Positions 22,762 through 31,926 of a stretch of DNA of 58,386 nucleotides are shown here, in pieces. Position numbers and translations under genes: made by a program. The stretch comes from Candidatus Collierbacteria bacterium GW2011_GWB2_45_17. GTDB lineage: Bacteria > Patescibacteriota > Microgenomatia > UBA1400 > MFAQ01. How positions within the stretch are numbered: position 1 is the stretch's first letter; every line of letters begins with the position of its first letter. A model generated the notes under the pieces. The model saw only the letters and a list, made by a program, of their open reading frames with translations, searched no databases and was not told the origin of the DNA. The DNA lies in the NCBI GenBank assembly GCA_001001485.1, contig LCKO01000010.1, forward strand, positions 1 through 58,386. The letters are read 5' to 3'.

Positions 22762-25700
22762 TTATGACCCGCCACGGCGGGTCCTTTTTGTGGCTAGAAG
22801 TCTTTGGAGAATGAAGATGAAGATGAAAAGGGGGGTGATAAGAAAGGCGAGGCCGAGGAATTCGAGGTACTGGGGGAGGAAGATGATGGCGATGGAAGAT
22901 GAAGAGTCTTGTGGAGTGAGATTGCCACGGTCGCCTAGGCGACCTCGCAATGACGATAAATCCCAGGAGTTGTGCCAGAGAGCGAAATCGTTGTGAGCCA
23001 GCTTGTTTAGATAAGGATAGGTGAAAAGGATTTTGGCGGTAAGTAACCAAGGGGGAAGCCGGAGGTCTGCCTCGGTCACTTCTATGGCCTGCCAGTAGGG
23101 GCATTGGGTTTGGTAGAGGGATAATTGGGGGAAATTTTCAATTTTCGAATTTTCATTGGTGACGGAAATGGTGTAGAGGAATTCGGCGGGGTGGGTGGAG
23201 GAGAGGGTAGGGACTTGGGCAGGCGCAAGGCCAGCCCCTACGGGATTCGCAATGACGGATTTAAGGGAGATGGATTTCATGAAGTTGAGGGGGATGGGGC
23301 GAAGGGAGAGATTTTTTAGGAGATTGGAAGTGATTCTGTTACCGATTGATTGATTAAAAAGATGCAGGGTGTAGCCTGGTGGTTCTTCGGAGTTGGAAAT
23401 GGGCTGGATGAGGGATTGGGTGGCGTTGGTTTTGGCCAGGCGTTCGAAGACATCGCAACGATAAGTGGATTGATTTTCTAAACAAACAGTCAAGGGCAAT
23501 CCTCTTTGGAATTCGGTCTGGAAAGAGAGAAGATAGTTGAGTGAGTGAGGCAGATGGCGAAGATTGAGATAGTCGCATTCGATAGCATTTTTACTTTGGT
23601 AAAGAAAGCCGTTTTTGGAAACTAGTTTGACAGTATTGCCTGAATTGAATTGATCGCAGTTACGGCTTTCCGGGAAGAGGCCGTTACTATCCGGAGTTTG
23701 TCTGATATCAAAAGCGGTATCGGTGATAGGTAAAGAAATTTGAAGATTTTTTTCCTCACCGGTTAAGGTTATTTCTTGATTGGGAATTTCTTTGATTTGC
23801 GACTTGGCAGAATAAAGCAGTTGGTGAGTGGAAAGGCTAATATTTTGGTAGACAATCTCTTGAACAGACTTGGTGTCTGAGGCTTCTAAAATTAGATTTG
23901 CCTGCTGATATTTTCCGGTGGATCTCGCAAAAACTTGGACGCGTCTCGGGACGGACCTTGGTTCAAGCGGTTGAGGAATTGCTAAAGCCCCGTAGTCCTG
24001 GCCGGAGATGTTGGCGTTGCCCGGCGTTAGAGTCGGAGAGGAATAGGTAAAGGAAAGGGAGATGAGAGAGCCGGCGGAAATAAGAGGCAGGGGGGTGGAG
24101 AGGCAACCGACGACATCGGTTCCCAAGAGAGAGATTCTTTGATGGGAGGTTATTTTTTCTATTTTTCGGTTGGGTTTTTGGAGGTAGCATTGGGCAGGAT
24201 CGGACTGGGAAAGATTGTTGGTCAGATCGATAGTGTCGAGGCTCGTAGCATCGAAAAGATTGACCTGAAAACTACTTTTGGTAGGTAAGTAAGTGGTGGC
24301 GAGCGGGGTAAAGTTTTCCAGGTTGGGAAGTTCGGCGGGGATTTGGATGGGCCAAAACTGGTGGTCTACCTGAAGAATAAAGGAGTTGGTGGTGGAAGAA
24401 AGGGGAAGAGAAATGAAGGTCGGTTCTGGGTGAAGGTCGATTTGTTTTTGATCTATGAAAAGAACGGGAGTGATGGGAGTGAATCGAATAGTTAGAAAGT
24501 TGGAAGATTTTTGATACTCGAGACGAACGGGGAGAAGGTTTTCGGTGGCGGTGAGGGAGGGGATGGTGAGGAGACCCGCCGTCGCCTGCGGCTTTGGCGA
24601 GGCGAGGGAGACGGAGGTGGAGAGGTAGTCGGATTTTTCGGTCCAGTCTGAGTTTGGGCGGAGAGGGAGGGAGGAGAAGGGGAATAAACCCCTCTCGGCT
24701 TCGCCGCTTCTCCCCTTGACAGGGGAGATCGAGAGGAAGTTTTGGGGTTTCGGATCGAGAGCGACTTGATAGAGAAAAATTTTGTCGTTGAAGTTTTTGG
24801 ATAGAGAAAACTTTGAGGAAGAGGTGAGAAATTTTTCGAGAGTGAAAAGAATCCAACTGATAGAGTACTTGTCTACCAGAGTCTCGAACTCTGTCTGGTT
24901 GTCGGAGTAGAGGGCAGTTGAAACTTCTTCGTAGTACGTTTCGGATTTTTTTTCCCAGACATCAAAGGCGCGGTCAAGGATGGGTTGGTGAATTCCATAC
25001 CAGAGGAAGCCGGAACCTCTATATCCCCAACTATAGTAATTCCAACCCCAGAAAGTGTACTGAGGAAAATTGGCAATGCGAGTAGACGGGTCTTGGCTCT
25101 TTAAATAATTAAAGAGATCGAGGTATTCTGAGGGTAAGATAAGACGCATGTTGGCACTGAACAGATGACCGGAAAAGACGGGGGACATAAAAATGATGAG
25201 AGTGAAGGCGACGGAAAAAAGAGTCAGGGGGTAAGTCAGACGACTGTGGAGATAGGTAAACAGATCCAAGACAAAGACCGTGCCAATGGCAAAAAAACAA
25301 GCGAAAGTAAAACTCAAGGGAGTGGAAAACTTGGTGAAGGGAGAGCGAAAAAGCTCTCCTACCAGAGGCAGACCGGAGTTGATAAGAAGCCCACCGCCGA
25401 GGAGGAAGAAGAGGCAGATGAGCAAAATACCAATAAGACTTTTGGTCCAGAAAAATTTCTTGGTGATGGAGTAGTAGAGACCGACTAGAACGAAGACAAA
25501 AAGAAGATAGCCGATGGGAGTGATGACCGGAATGGTGAGATGACTGCGCCAAACAGACAGAAGATAGTCGAACCGGCCGAGCTCGGAGAGGTCGACGAAG
25601 TTAAAGAAGTAGCCCTTGAGAAGGGCAATGTCTAGTAAGTTGCCAAACTGGAGATTTCGAAAATAGGTTTCGGGAGAAGAGATCAGATTTATCTTGGCCT

Positions 25701-26538
25701 GTTCACCGACATGAGCATTGGTAAAGACAAAGAAAACGACGGGAAGGAGCCAAAAAAGACTGGGAATTAGCACGGATAAAATAGATTGGGAGATCTTTTT
25801 TAGAGAGTTAATTTTCTTTTTGGGGGAGAAAAAAACTTCGCTGAAAATGGGGATAAGTGAAAGACAGAAGACGACAAAAAGAGTTTCGACGTAAAAAGCG
25901 GGTGAGGAAATAAAGGAAACTATAAAAATAGCTATGAGGGATCGCCAACTGGGAGTTTCCAGGTAACCGGTAACAAAAAAGAGCAACCACGGAAAGGCTC
26001 CGTAGAAGTAAGTAAACGACTCGAAAGGAGTAAAAAATGTCTGCAGTGTGGCTAGGTTGAGAAGATAGAATAGACCACCCAAAAAAGAGGCGTATTGAAC
26101 TGTCCTAGAGTCTAGGTGAGTTTTGAAGAGCCGTTGACTTAAAAATAAGTAAACACCTAGAGGTCCTAGGATCAAAGGGAGGAAAATAAATAAGTAACGA
26201 ATTGAAGAAAACGGCAGACCGGGAAGGAGGGAAAATAGATAAATGAGAAAAACGCGGGGAAGGTCAGCGGCGTGAGCCATACCGCCCAAAAGTCCCAAGG
26301 ACTGGTACTCTTGCCAGACGGAAAAGAGAGCTCGTTTGAGATTGATAGCCGGTCCTAATTCGGAGGATAAGTTGTCCCAACCAAGAAGAAAGGTGCCTGG
26401 CTCGTAGTTGAGGAAGGCAATAAGGATGGTGAGAGTGATAAGTGTGAGGATGGGCCAGGAGCGCCGTAAGAATTTGGGGATCCGCCGGATCTGCCTAAGA
26501 GGGAAGCGGTGTTTGGCTTTGGTGATGTTCTTTGCCAC
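22762..26538 (-). CDS. large polytopic membrane protein, probable GT-C-type glycosyltransferase with a large extracytoplasmic C-terminal region
   Basis: 1258 aa, about 12 or more predicted TM helices in the N-terminal 480 aa. Adjacent to two GT2 genes. Carries three in-frame repeat insertions. The family assignment is inferential. Confidence 0.7.
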   Translation of the reverse strand: MAKNITKAKHRFPLRQIRRIPKFLRRSWPILTLITLTILIAFLNYEPGTFLLGWDNLSSELGPAINLKRALFSVWQEYQSLGLLGGMAHAADLPRVFLIYLFSLLPGLPFSSIRYLFIFLPLILGPLGVYLFLSQRLFKTHLDSRTVQYASFLGGLFYLLNLATLQTFFTPFESFTYFYGAFPWLLFFVTGYLETPSWRSLIAIFIVSFISSPAFYVETLFVVFCLSLIPIFSEVFFSPKKKINSLKKISQSILSVLIPSLFWLLPVVFFVFTNAHVGEQAKINLISSPETYFRNLQFGNLLDIALLKGYFFNFVDLSELGRFDYLLSVWRSHLTIPVITPIGYLLFVFVLVGLYYSITKKFFWTKSLIGILLICLFFLLGGGLLINSGLPLVGELFRSPFTKFSTPLSFTFACFFAIGTVFVLDLFTYLHSRLTYPLTLFSVAFTLIIFMSPVFSGHLFSANMRLILPSEYLDLFNYLKSQDPSTRIANFPQYTFWGWNYYSWGYRGSGFLWYGIHQPILDRAFDVWEKKSETYYEEVSTALYSDNQTEFETLVDKYSISWILFTLEKFLTSSSKFSLSKNFNDKIFLYQVALDPKPQNFLSISPVKGRSGEAERGLFPFSSLPLRPNSDWTEKSDYLSTSVSLASPKPQATAGLLTIPSLTATENLLPVRLEYQKSSNFLTIRFTPITPVLFIDQKQIDLHPEPTFISLPLSSTTNSFILQVDHQFWPIQIPAELPNLENFTPLATTYLPTKSSFQVNLFDATSLDTIDLTNNLSQSDPAQCYLQKPNRKIEKITSHQRISLLGTDVVGCLSTPLPLISAGSLISLSFTYSSPTLTPGNANISGQDYGALAIPQPLEPRSVPRRVQVFARSTGKYQQANLILEASDTKSVQEIVYQNISLSTHQLLYSAKSQIKEIPNQEITLTGEEKNLQISLPITDTAFDIRQTPDSNGLFPESRNCDQFNSGNTVKLVSKNGFLYQSKNAIECDYLNLRHLPHSLNYLLSFQTEFQRGLPLTVCLENQSTYRCDVFERLAKTNATQSLIQPISNSEEPPGYTLHLFNQSIGNRITSNLLKNLSLRPIPLNFMKSISLKSVIANPVGAGLAPAQVPTLSSTHPAEFLYTISVTNENSKIENFPQLSLYQTQCPYWQAIEVTEADLRLPPWLLTAKILFTYPYLNKLAHNDFALWHNSWDLSSLRGRLGDRGNLTPQDSSSSIAIIFLPQYLEFLGLAFLITPLFIFIFILQRLLATKRTRRGGS
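22913..22955 (+). repeat. E-type hairpin element inside the 22762..26538 CDS
   Basis: GGAGTGAGATTGCCACGGTCGCCTAGGCGACCTCGCAATGACG, translated on the minus strand as SSLRGRLGDRGNLTP. Confidence 0.8.
23221..23258 (+). repeat. E-like element inside the 22762..26538 CDS
   Basis: ..GCAAGGCCAGCCCCTACGGGATTCGCAATGACG, translated VIANPVGAGLAPA. Confidence 0.6.
24709..24728. repeat. REP-C palindrome inside the 22762..26538 CDS
   Basis: TCTCCCCT-TGAC-AGGGGAGA, translated within ISPVKGRSGEAERG. Confidence 0.75.
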
Positions 26539-26546
26539 AAACTAGT

Positions 26547-27227
26547 TTAGCATTCGTAATCGATAGCGGTTAAATAAATGGGAGTGATGTCTTCTGGTTC
26601 CTCAACAAATCTTTGGTATGAACTATTTTGTTTGCCGCCAAAGTTAACAATAATTTCTTCTGGACGAACCCATTTTTGGTGAAAATGACCAAGATAATTT
26701 GGATAAGAAGAATATCTATATTCAGACAACTTGTGGGGAGACTCCTTGTAATAAGATGAGAGACCTAGGGGGTTTCGATGGATGTATTTTGATAAGTGTA
26801 TCCATTGATTTTCAGCCTCAATTCTAACGGCCTTATATCTGTCTTGGAACAAGTGTCCGACCCGTTTATATCTTGTGTTGAAGTATCTGACATATTTGGT
26901 GGAAAGTGAACTCATAAAGTTGCTCATGGAAAAGTCATCGTTTTGTTTTATAAAAAGATGAAAGTGGTTGGGCATAAGACAGTAGGCAATTAAGGTGATC
27001 GATTCTGAATAATTACGAAGTATTTTTGAAGGAGACGTTGGTCTTACCTGCGAGGACAGTCCTCGCAGGTCTATTGAATTTGGGTTAGTGAGGTAGAACT
27101 TCAGGTAGGAGAGGAAGGTTTTGTAGTCTTGTTCGTCTAGAAAAATAAGTCGCTTCTCTACTCCGCGATTGTAAATATGATAATAAGCTCCAGACTCATA
27201 TTCCTTAATAGCATTTTTTGAGGGCAT
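26547..27227 (-). CDS. REP-associated tyrosine transposase (RAYT), paralog 2
   Basis: 226 aa, strongly similar to RAYT-1 across the N-terminal and HUH-motif blocks compared here (YHIYNRGVEKRLIFLDEQDYKTF, MPNHFHLFIKQ, LSKYIHRNP). One in-frame REP-B inside and one REP-B 37 nt upstream of its start. Confidence 0.85.
   Translation of the reverse strand: MPSKNAIKEYESGAYYHIYNRGVEKRLIFLDEQDYKTFLSYLKFYLTNPNSIDLRGLSSQVRPTSPSKILRNYSESITLIAYCLMPNHFHLFIKQNDDFSMSNFMSSLSTKYVRYFNTRYKRVGHLFQDRYKAVRIEAENQWIHLSKYIHRNPLGLSSYYKESPHKLSEYRYSSYPNYLGHFHQKWVRPEEIIVNFGGKQNSSYQRFVEEPEDITPIYLTAIDYEC
27047..27069. repeat. REP-B copy inside the RAYT-2 CDS
   Basis: Perfect CCTGCGAGGACAGTCCTCGCAGG, translated DLRGLSSQVR. 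Confidence 0.9.
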
Positions 27228-27263
27228 TAATTAATAATAGTCCCTAGAAGGGTATATTATTCG

Positions 27264-27286
27264 CCTGCGAGGACAGTCCTCGCAGG
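27264..27286. repeat. REP-B palindrome copy (flank of RAYT-2)
   Basis: Perfect CCTGCGAGGACAGTCCTCGCAGG. Confidence 0.9.
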
Positions 27287-27326
27287 TGTACGAAAAAAGA
27301 ATTAAACACCTGGAAAAATTTGTGGT

Positions 27327-28154
27327 TTAGCGTTTTGACATGCCACGGAGGTGCTTGTGGAGGGGGTAGATAAATTTTTCGGAGAGAATCAAGATAGCTA
27401 AGGTCTGAGCCAGAACTATCAGGAAAGACTTGAAGGAGGGGAGATATCCTCGATTGAAGATTCCATCTAGTCTGGCTCGAGTAATACGCCAAAAGGTGAA
27501 TTTGGGGCGTACGAGAGAGATATTGGTGTCGTGCTCGCGGTAGAAATGGGTGAAATTGGGCAAGTTCGCGAACTGACCAAAACGGGAGGCTGAAAAGAAA
27601 AGACCGTAGTCCTCCGCAGGAGAAAAACGAGGGTCGCTATAAAGAAAGTCTTTAGGGAGCTTATTGCGATTGATCATAACGGTCGGCTGTTGCATGGGAA
27701 CAGTTTGAAAAAGCATTTCATAGATTTCTGGGTGGGTGAGAGGAAAGCGTTTGGTACCAATTTTTTTACCGTGGTCGTTGATGAGGTAGCATTGACCACC
27801 GACAATCACAGTTTCGGAATGCTCGTCCAGATATTTCTTTTGAAGTGAAAGACGGGTGGGTGCCATAAGATCGTCGGCATCCATACGGGCGATATATTTG
27901 GACTTAGCTTGGGTAATGGCAAAATTGAAAGTGGGGCTAACACCAAGATTTCTACTGTTCTGAAACGAGTGGATCCAGGAGTGTTTTTTGGCAAATTTTT
28001 TAATTATTTCCCAGGAGTTATCGGTAGAACAGTCATCGACGATAATAAGCTCGATTGGTTTTAGGGCTTGAGCCACAATGCTTTCTAAACACCGTCTCAG
28101 ATATGAACCAGCGTTATAAACGGGGAGACAAACGGAAACTGCGGGCTTTTTCAT
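27327..28154 (-). CDS. family 2 glycosyltransferase
   Basis: 275 aa. VSVCLPVYNAGSYL, IVDDCSTD and ARMDADD (DXD) motifs of GT-A/GT2. Confidence 0.85.
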   Translation of the reverse strand: MKKPAVSVCLPVYNAGSYLRRCLESIVAQALKPIELIIVDDCSTDNSWEIIKKFAKKHSWIHSFQNSRNLGVSPTFNFAITQAKSKYIARMDADDLMAPTRLSLQKKYLDEHSETVIVGGQCYLINDHGKKIGTKRFPLTHPEIYEMLFQTVPMQQPTVMINRNKLPKDFLYSDPRFSPAEDYGLFFSASRFGQFANLPNFTHFYREHDTNISLVRPKFTFWRITRARLDGIFNRGYLPSFKSFLIVLAQTLAILILSEKFIYPLHKHLRGMSKR

Positions 28155-28915
28155 TAAGAAAAATTATAGTCGCTTTCTTGATAGACGATGTTGTAACCAC
28201 CAATAAAATACCTGAAACGAATCTCCAGCAATTCTCTGAAGGAGTTGATAGAGTCTTTAATTAGACTTACTTTGGTGTTTTTCTGATTTGCCCAAATTAC
28301 AGCTTTTTCAACCATGTAGAAGCCAAGTTTTCGGGCGAGAAAGATAATTTCGGAGTCGTAACCCCAACGGTTGATTTTGGCCCGACTGAAAATGGCTTGT
28401 TTAGCTTCGCGTTTGAACATTTTGAATCCACAAGTAAAATCGGTGATGTTTTTTACGCCTAGTATTTGCCTGGAGATGGCAGTGAAGACCTTACCCATAT
28501 TCTCACGAACCCACGACTGGTGGATGGTGACGGTAGAGTGGCCATTCTTGCGGGTGCCAATAATGACATCTAAGTTGGCTTTCATAAACGGTAGGAACTT
28601 CTCGATTTGAGGAAGGGGAGTGGAAATGTCTGCGTCCATAAGAAGGGTGTATTCTGCCTTTGAGGTTAACATACCCTTGCGAACAGCAAAACCTTTACCC
28701 ATATTCTTTTTGTAGGTGATGACGCGAAGATGGTACTTTGATTTGAAACTTTTGAGTAGTTTGAGAGTTTGATCTGTAGAGCCGTCGTTTACAAAAATTA
28801 CTTCATCGATCTTAATACCCTTGGGGGTGTGGAAAGAAGATAGGGCGTTGAAAGCTCTACCAACTCTTTTGGCTTCATTGTAGACGGGTATGACGAGGGA
28901 GACGGTATGAGTCAT
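28154..28915 (-). CDS. family 2 glycosyltransferase, polyprenol/dolichol-phosphate sugar synthase-like
   Basis: 253 aa. VSLVIPVYNEAKRV, FVNDGSTD, LMDADIS. The size and motifs resemble Dpm1/GtrB-type enzymes. Start/stop overlap with the downstream GT2. Confidence 0.8.
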   Translation of the reverse strand: MTHTVSLVIPVYNEAKRVGRAFNALSSFHTPKGIKIDEVIFVNDGSTDQTLKLLKSFKSKYHLRVITYKKNMGKGFAVRKGMLTSKAEYTLLMDADISTPLPQIEKFLPFMKANLDVIIGTRKNGHSTVTIHQSWVRENMGKVFTAISRQILGVKNITDFTCGFKMFKREAKQAIFSRAKINRWGYDSEIIFLARKLGFYMVEKAVIWANQKNTKVSLIKDSINSFRELLEIRFRYFIGGYNIVYQESDYNFS

Positions 28916-28968
28916 ATAGTCTTATAATATATCATGCCGAGGCTAAGATGTCAAGTTATAAGTGCATG

Positions 28969-28996
28969 AAAAAGCCCCTCGCGATTGCGGGGGGCT
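28969..28996 (-). terminator. rho-independent terminator for 29018..29725
   Basis: Minus strand reads GCCCCCCGC-AATC-GCGAGGGGC followed by TTTTT. Confidence 0.6.
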
Positions 28997-29017
28997 GATT
29001 GACGAACAGTTATTTGC

Positions 29018-29725
29018 TTATTTGGGCTGGGATTCGACGGAGGGAACAACGACCCAGGCACCAATGGCGCCATCGCCAGCGAGTTCCCAATTGGCATCCA
29101 GAAGCATGTCGGCCAATTTCTTGGCGTCCACCATCTGGTACATGCCGTCGTGGGGGGTGGGACCACCATTGTCACACCAGAAAGTGGCGGCGCTGACCAT
29201 CAGTTTGGCGGGGCCACGGACTTGGTAGGTGAGGCCGGTGATGGGGTAGAAGATGTGCCCGTAGACGTTCTCGGGAACATCGATGAACCAGTAGTCGCCG
29301 GCGGCGACTTCGGTTTCATTCTTGTCCAAGAACATGAATGAGTTGGGGACAACCTGACCGTTGTTCTTCAGAGCCGTGATGTCGTCGTCCAGACCGACGC
29401 TAGTGCAGGCGTTGAAATAGGTGCGCCCGTCGTTGGCCACAGTGATGGCTTCAACTGGGACGATTTCCACTGAGCCTGGAGCCGAAGGCAAGGGGGCGCT
29501 GGTGATGGTTTCGACGTTGGAGGGGCAGGCGTAGATATTCCCTCTGACCGTGAAGGCCAGGGACCCATCACTACATTCCTCTTCGGTGGTGACACTGCGC
29601 TCAGTGTCGAACCAAGTTGCGAAGTCGGTCAGCTTGGCGGGGGCATCAGCCATGGGATTGAAGCAGGCCGAGGCCAGCAACATGACGGCGAAGCCTAACA
29701 CGAAGGCATTTCGAAGTTTCTTCAT
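29018..29725 (-). CDS. hypothetical lipoprotein (locally GC-rich gene)
   Basis: 235 aa. Signal peptide with lipobox LLASAC. Visibly higher GC than its neighbours. Confidence 0.6.
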   Translation of the reverse strand: MKKLRNAFVLGFAVMLLASACFNPMADAPAKLTDFATWFDTERSVTTEEECSDGSLAFTVRGNIYACPSNVETITSAPLPSAPGSVEIVPVEAITVANDGRTYFNACTSVGLDDDITALKNNGQVVPNSFMFLDKNETEVAAGDYWFIDVPENVYGHIFYPITGLTYQVRGPAKLMVSAATFWCDNGGPTPHDGMYQMVDAKKLADMLLDANWELAGDGAIGAWVVVPSVESQPK

Positions 29726-29865
29726 TTTCTTTTCTCCTTTATGAGATGAATTCCCCCCATATGGAGGGTTGGATAAGCAAATAACTTTTTAAAGGTCTTG
29801 CAGACTTAAAGTCTACTCTCTGTTCCTGCTTTAGCGGGAGCAGAGGTAAAGTTCAAGAGAATATT

Positions 29866-30288
29866 TTAAGCGCGTTTGGCGAAGACGAAGGAGGCCAGGC
29901 CGGCGAGGTAGGATAAACCGGCGAAGTTAAAGAAGATTGAGTCTTGGGCACCGGTGTCGACTACGATGTGCTCGGTACAGGTGTTCGCTTGACCATAAAC
30001 CGGAGTACAAACGATGGTTTTGGTGGTTCTGGTGACGGAACCGCCTTTTTGGCCGGCTGAAGGTAAAGCAGTCAAAACAGGTTCGGCGATGGCAGGAGTG
30101 ATGGAGGGAGATCCTTCGACTCGCTTTTTGGACTCGCTCAGGATGACGGGGGTGGGAGTGATAATCTCGTTGGCGGGGATGCCAAAACGGTTTTCCTCAG
30201 CCTTCGGGATGACCCTTTTGGAGAGGGAATAAGTAATCGCTCCGGTGAGAAGCAGAAGAACCAAGATAACAGGTAGAAGTGATTTCAT
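29866..30288 (-). CDS. secreted protein with C-terminal sorting-signal-like tail
   Basis: 140 aa. N-terminal signal peptide. The C-terminus is VVDTGAQDSIFFNFAGLSYLAGLASFVFAKRA (xxTG motif, hydrophobic helix, basic tail). Confidence 0.55.
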   Translation of the reverse strand: MKSLLPVILVLLLLTGAITYSLSKRVIPKAEENRFGIPANEIITPTPVILSESKKRVEGSPSITPAIAEPVLTALPSAGQKGGSVTRTTKTIVCTPVYGQANTCTEHIVVDTGAQDSIFFNFAGLSYLAGLASFVFAKRA

Positions 30289-30526
30289 AGTGGGCAGTGT
30301 AACACACTACAGGATAGATGTCAATTCCCATTGTACTTGGGTCGCAAGAGGAACCTTGTGACTTTAAAGATCTATAAAGATCTATAATGAAGAAAATAAA
30401 AACAATTGCCTTGATTGTGTTGCTGGTCGTAGCGTGGTGGAAGAAGAGGAGGAAATAAAACGCCATTTACGCGAGTTGTATGGCTGGAAAAGTGGCCCAT
30501 AAACAGGCACGATATAGGCCTATAGC

Positions 30527-30555
30527 TTGACTTTTGAGGGGTTTGGTGGTATGAT
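30527..30555 (+). promoter_or_regulatory. sigma70-like promoter for 30640..31020
   Basis: TTGACT 30527-30532, 17-nt spacer, TATGAT 30550-30555, with an upstream TG (extended -10). Confidence 0.55.
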
Positions 30556-30639
30556 CTAGGCATCGTTAGATTACTCTAGGTTGCTCTTTCAAATCTGATA
30601 TATAGACAATTCCCTCACAAGGGGAATGAGGAGAAAAAA

Positions 30640-31020
30640 ATGAAGAAAAAACTCGCACTATTCAGTATCGCGGCTATGGTTTCTCTGGTTGTAGCTTGCG
30701 TTTTCGCCCCCCGTGCAGAGGCTTCCCAAGGCCATCCTATCTACGTCTGGAACGATAACCAGACAGTGCTTTTGGATGTGCGATATAAAATGAGCGTAGG
30801 CTACACCTACGCTGAAATTGAGGCGGCATTTTATGCTTTTGCTACCCAAGCTTGCGGAGGGGAAGGTGAAGCAAAGTGTTGGCATGGTGCCCACGTAGGA
30901 ATTCTTAAAAACATAATTTCTACTCCGAAGGTAGTTGCGGGCTTTTATCAGGCACCAGATGGAAATTATTATCTCGTTGATGTCGGGCAATGCCTTGTTA
31001 AGGACGGCTGCCAGCCGTAA
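30640..31020 (+). CDS. hypothetical secreted protein
   Basis: 126 aa, signal peptide, strong RBS (GGAATGAGGAGAAAAAAATG), four Cys. Confidence 0.6.
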   Translation: MKKKLALFSIAAMVSLVVACVFAPRAEASQGHPIYVWNDNQTVLLDVRYKMSVGYTYAEIEAAFYAFATQACGGEGEAKCWHGAHVGILKNIISTPKVVAGFYQAPDGNYYLVDVGQCLVKDGCQP

Positions 31021-31102
31021 AAAAATGTTTGCAAGTTTATTTAAAGACCATCTTTGAAAGATAAGGTGGTCTTTTTTGGTTACTATGGGTATAATCACCT
31101 AG

Positions 31103-31906
31103 ATGTCACTTGGACAAAATGAACAAGTATCACGCAGAGATTTTTTGAAACTGTCTGCTTCTGGAGTGTTGGGGCTAGCACTATCAAGGCTTGGTGTGGA
31201 TGGGGCGTTGGCCAGGGAAAGTAGTTACAGATTGGTTCATGGGGTTGAGGTCTACGGTTTGGACGAAAAGATTGATACTTTAGAAAAAGCCAAAAACCTG
31301 ACTTTTGAATTTGATTTAGATTTTGAAAGAAAACTACCAAAAGATATTAAAAGCAAAAACAGATGGGAACAGAGAGAGTATGCCATGCCAAAAGACAAAA
31401 GGCTGTTTCAGTTTGTAGTTAATGAGTCAATTTACCATGAGTATTCCAAGCAAAAAGCCAAAACAGGAGTGGATTTTGTCGAATACATCCAAATACATTT
31501 GGATTTAATGAATCGGTTTAGTAAACAACAGCCTGGTTTGGAAAATTTTAGAACGGAATTAAAAAGAGTAATTGTGGTAAGTGATGACTTCAAAAGGAAT
31601 CCCGTTGAGTATTCAAAAGATATAGATGCGATGTGGTTTAATGTTAAAGATGAGAGATATGAGGAAAAGGCTTGGAATTATTATCAATGGCAAGCTGAGA
31701 GACAAGAAAGCGGAGATTTAATTTTGACGACTGAAGAGGATCGGGCTATGGATAGCTACAAAGAAAGCGTGGTTTTGCCCAAAGCAGATGATTTACTGCA
31801 GAGTATTTCCGACAGGGGAGTTGGGGTCAACTGGGCTTTAATCCACGAACTATCGCATCACTGGAACTTGCCGGACGAACGTGGTCTTTTACTAGACCCT
31901 ATTTAA
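31103..31906 (+). CDS. Tat-signal zinc metalloprotease-like protein (HEXXH..LPDE)
   Basis: 267 aa. Twin-arginine signal SRRDFLKLSASGVLGLAL. HELSHHWNLPDE near the C-terminus resembles the M6/InhA-type HExxHxxxLPDE motif. Confidence 0.6.
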   Translation: MSLGQNEQVSRRDFLKLSASGVLGLALSRLGVDGALARESSYRLVHGVEVYGLDEKIDTLEKAKNLTFEFDLDFERKLPKDIKSKNRWEQREYAMPKDKRLFQFVVNESIYHEYSKQKAKTGVDFVEYIQIHLDLMNRFSKQQPGLENFRTELKRVIVVSDDFKRNPVEYSKDIDAMWFNVKDERYEEKAWNYYQWQAERQESGDLILTTEEDRAMDSYKESVVLPKADDLLQSISDRGVGVNWALIHELSHHWNLPDERGLLLDPI

Positions 31907-31926
31907 GTCCTTATCTTAAAGCTCTT

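Noticed and set aside
22706-25552. Pro/Ser/Arg-rich ORFs (22706..23104, 24272..24856, 25109..25552 and others)
   Set aside because: They are alternative frames of the 1258-aa membrane protein gene. They are low complexity and partly repeat-derived.
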